Source: an uncultured bacterium (GTDB lineage Bacteria; Omnitrophota; Omnitrophia; Omnitrophales; Aquincolibacteriaceae). From it: a stretch of DNA of 64,000 bases. The position numbers and the translations under genes were made by a program. Within the stretch, counting starts at the first letter, position 1, and each line of letters starts with the position of its first letter. The notes beneath the pieces are model-generated. The model was given only the letters and a program-made list of their open reading frames with translations. It ran no database searches and was not told the origin of the DNA. The stretch is taken from the NCBI GenBank assembly GCA_964482725.1, contig CAYZYT010000002.1:5591-69590 (forward strand), given 5' to 3'. This document shows positions 55,901 through 58,900 of this stretch, one piece after another.

Positions 55901-58900
55901 AATCTTGACGCCGGCGCAAAATCCAAGCTTATTGCGTGGTGGAAGGAAAACGGTGTGACACAGACCGGTAACGAAGTCACGCTGATCCAGGCGATCAAGC
56001 AACTCTTTTCGGGAGATACTGCCGCTCTTGTGACGATTGAGGCTCTCGAACAGCTTGTTTCCCAGAGGATCCGGGATCAAAAAGAGCTGGAGTCAATGCT
56101 CCGGTCTGAAAAAGCGTTGGCGCAACATGATGGTTCCAAAGCTGATGCCAACGACCGGGCTTATCGCGTTGCCGCGGCGGCCTCCCGGTTGCAGTCTGAT
56201 TCGCCAGAATACGCCGCGATTTTGGACGCGTTTAAGGTTGCTTTCTTGGACCAACATCCAACGATTACCGAGAGAGATCTGGTTCTGGACTCCGTTTATT
56301 CTCTGGTGATGGACCAGATGTTCGGCAAAGGCACCGACGTTCCGGATAATGTCATCAAAGCCAAGCTGCAAGCTCGAGAGATCAAGAAAAAGGAAGAGCA
56401 GAAAGAGGAGCTCAAAAAGGAGCTTTTGAAATATTTGCAATATCGGACGGATCTTAAATCTGCGAGTATCGATGAGCTCTTGGGATTTTTCAACGATCCG
56501 AAGGTTTTGGAACGTTTGGATGAGGATCAAAAGGCCTTGTTGGAGCGTGTCCGCCAGAAAAAAATGTTCGTCGATTTTATCAAGGCCAATGCTGGGAAAA
56601 TCTCCGAGCAAACGATCCCGGGAATCCTGGACCCATTGAAGTCTGAGATGGTCCGTGATTTTGTGGATGCGGCGCCGTTCTGGGACCTTTTCCAGTACGC
56701 CCGGAATTACTACTTGGCGGATGCGAATCATAACGAACTTTTGAAGATCCAGAAAAGCACGACACTTTCTGTGGACCAGAAGGCCGAGCAAATGGCGGAA
56801 CTTCTGGCCGAACAGATCTCCCAAAACCAGGATACAACTCGCGGCGTAAGCAAGGATAACCGTGACATCCTCAAGACGAAACTGAAAGAACTCCTGCGTC
56901 GCGGTTTTGAGAAAAAACCCGGGGACGAAACGATCCGGGATTATGTCCGTTTTGAATTTGACCGAGGTTCCGAACTTGCTAAGCATGTAAACGCGCCGTG
57001 GCGCCTGAACCATGGCTACCGGGACATTCCGGTCGCTGCATTGATCTTCTATGGGGATGCGGCCAAAGAACTCGAACATGCCTGGTATTTTCTGGGTAAT
57101 GATTGGGGCCGGAATTCTGGTTCTGAAGTGATGATCGCAAAAGAGTTCAAAGGCAGAGGAAAAGGTCAGGCTATTTTTAGTCAGACAGGGTTGATGCTGA
57201 TGGATGAGCGCTGGTACAAGGCCTCGATCCCGCACGAAGAACTGCACTTGATCTATCCAAAACCGGCGCTTCTATGGCCGGACGCGGATCCGCAGGTCGA
57301 AGAAATCATGAACTATATGGCTCAGGTTGAAATGGACCTTTACGACCGTGAAGAAGGTCGCAAGTATGATCTACAAAGGCTCTTTGCAAAGATCGAGCAG
57401 TATGCCCGAAGCGCTCAGTTTGATACGCGCAAGATGCAGGCCGCGGCCAAAGCCATGCTGTATTTGCTGGAAGCGACAGGAGATCTTGATTTCGTCAAGA
57501 ACGTGTTGCGGAATTCCGAACATCTTGAAGATATGATCGCGTGGCATTATTTTGACAAGGTTGAGATCGCAGGGATCCGCGAACGCGCCAAGAGCGGTCT
57601 CACAGCGACCGGATCGGCCAGCGAGTGGAAGGATTTTATGAACGGTGAACGGGCTGCTGCGGTCGATGAAGTCCGGAAAATGCCACAAGTCACGACTGAA
57701 GAAGCCAAGGCGAAGCGGCTGGATGCTATTTTATTCGAAAAAGTACAGGCCTGGCAAAAGCGGCTCGGGATTATGCCGGATTCCGAAATTTCGAAAACCG
57801 TGATCCAGGCCTCCGTTCCGGCCCTGCGTCAAGATTGGTACGGAGCGGCCGGGATCCAAAATTACAAGGCAGATGCGAGCCAGGATTTTACCGCGATCTT
57901 CAAAGAAAATACGCCGGGTTATCAAAAGCTTTTTACCGACTTGAAGAGCCTCCTTGAGATCCCGGGGCAGAGCTTTGATACAGCTCAGGCGGAAGCCTAT
58001 ATCGTCAAAGTATTGGGCCCTGCGTGGACAGTTCAAAAGGATCCAAAGAGCGGCGTCCTGTATCTGGAACATGTGCTCAGCGAAAAGGGTAAAGAATCCT
58101 ATGCGTTCTCGGCCCACACGGACGTGGTCCGTGAAGTGGATGGTGCCGTGGCGCCTGTGATCGATTCGTTGGGCGTGGTGCGGAATAGTAATGCGAATTC
58201 CGCGCTCGGTGCGGACAACCGGGCTGGGATAGCGATGATTCTCTCCCTTGTGGGGGATGCGGATTGGGTGAAGCAATTGCAAGCTTCAAATCCTGAGCTG
58301 CATTCACTCAAGATCTTCTTTTCCAACAGTGAAGAGGTCGGCAAAGGGATCCTGGAGATCCTGGACAATATGAAGCTCCGTCAGCAGTGGCTTGGCAATG
58401 TAACCGAAGTTTTTGCTTTTGATCGTCAGTCCGGAACCATCGAAAAACGAAAAGCCAAGGATATTTCGGGAAAAACTTATGATACGGGAACTTTGGGGGA
58501 GCATGCCGAAGTGTTTGTCCCGGCGACGAAAAAAGATATCAAAGGAAGCCGCTATGTCAAAACGCTGAGTGATGCAGCCGCTGCAATGAACTTGCCGAGT
58601 TTGGCGATCTTCAACGGATTTACGGCAGGGACTCAGGAAAGCGAAAACCAGAACGGTGATTTTGCCAATATGCTGGCAGTCCAACCGGATCCGGAGAACG
58701 GCACGATCAGGAGCGTTATCAATTTTCATGATGGCAGCACGAATGCTCACGAACGAGGTTTCGAAAACACGGATCTCCGAACCCTTTCGGCCATGATCGA
58801 ACTGGCAAAAAAGACCATTAGCTCTATTGCGGCGGCAGGGCCGATCGAGGAGGTTGCCGAAAAGGTTGAGGCCGGGCCAGAAAGACGTGCGGAGGAAAGG

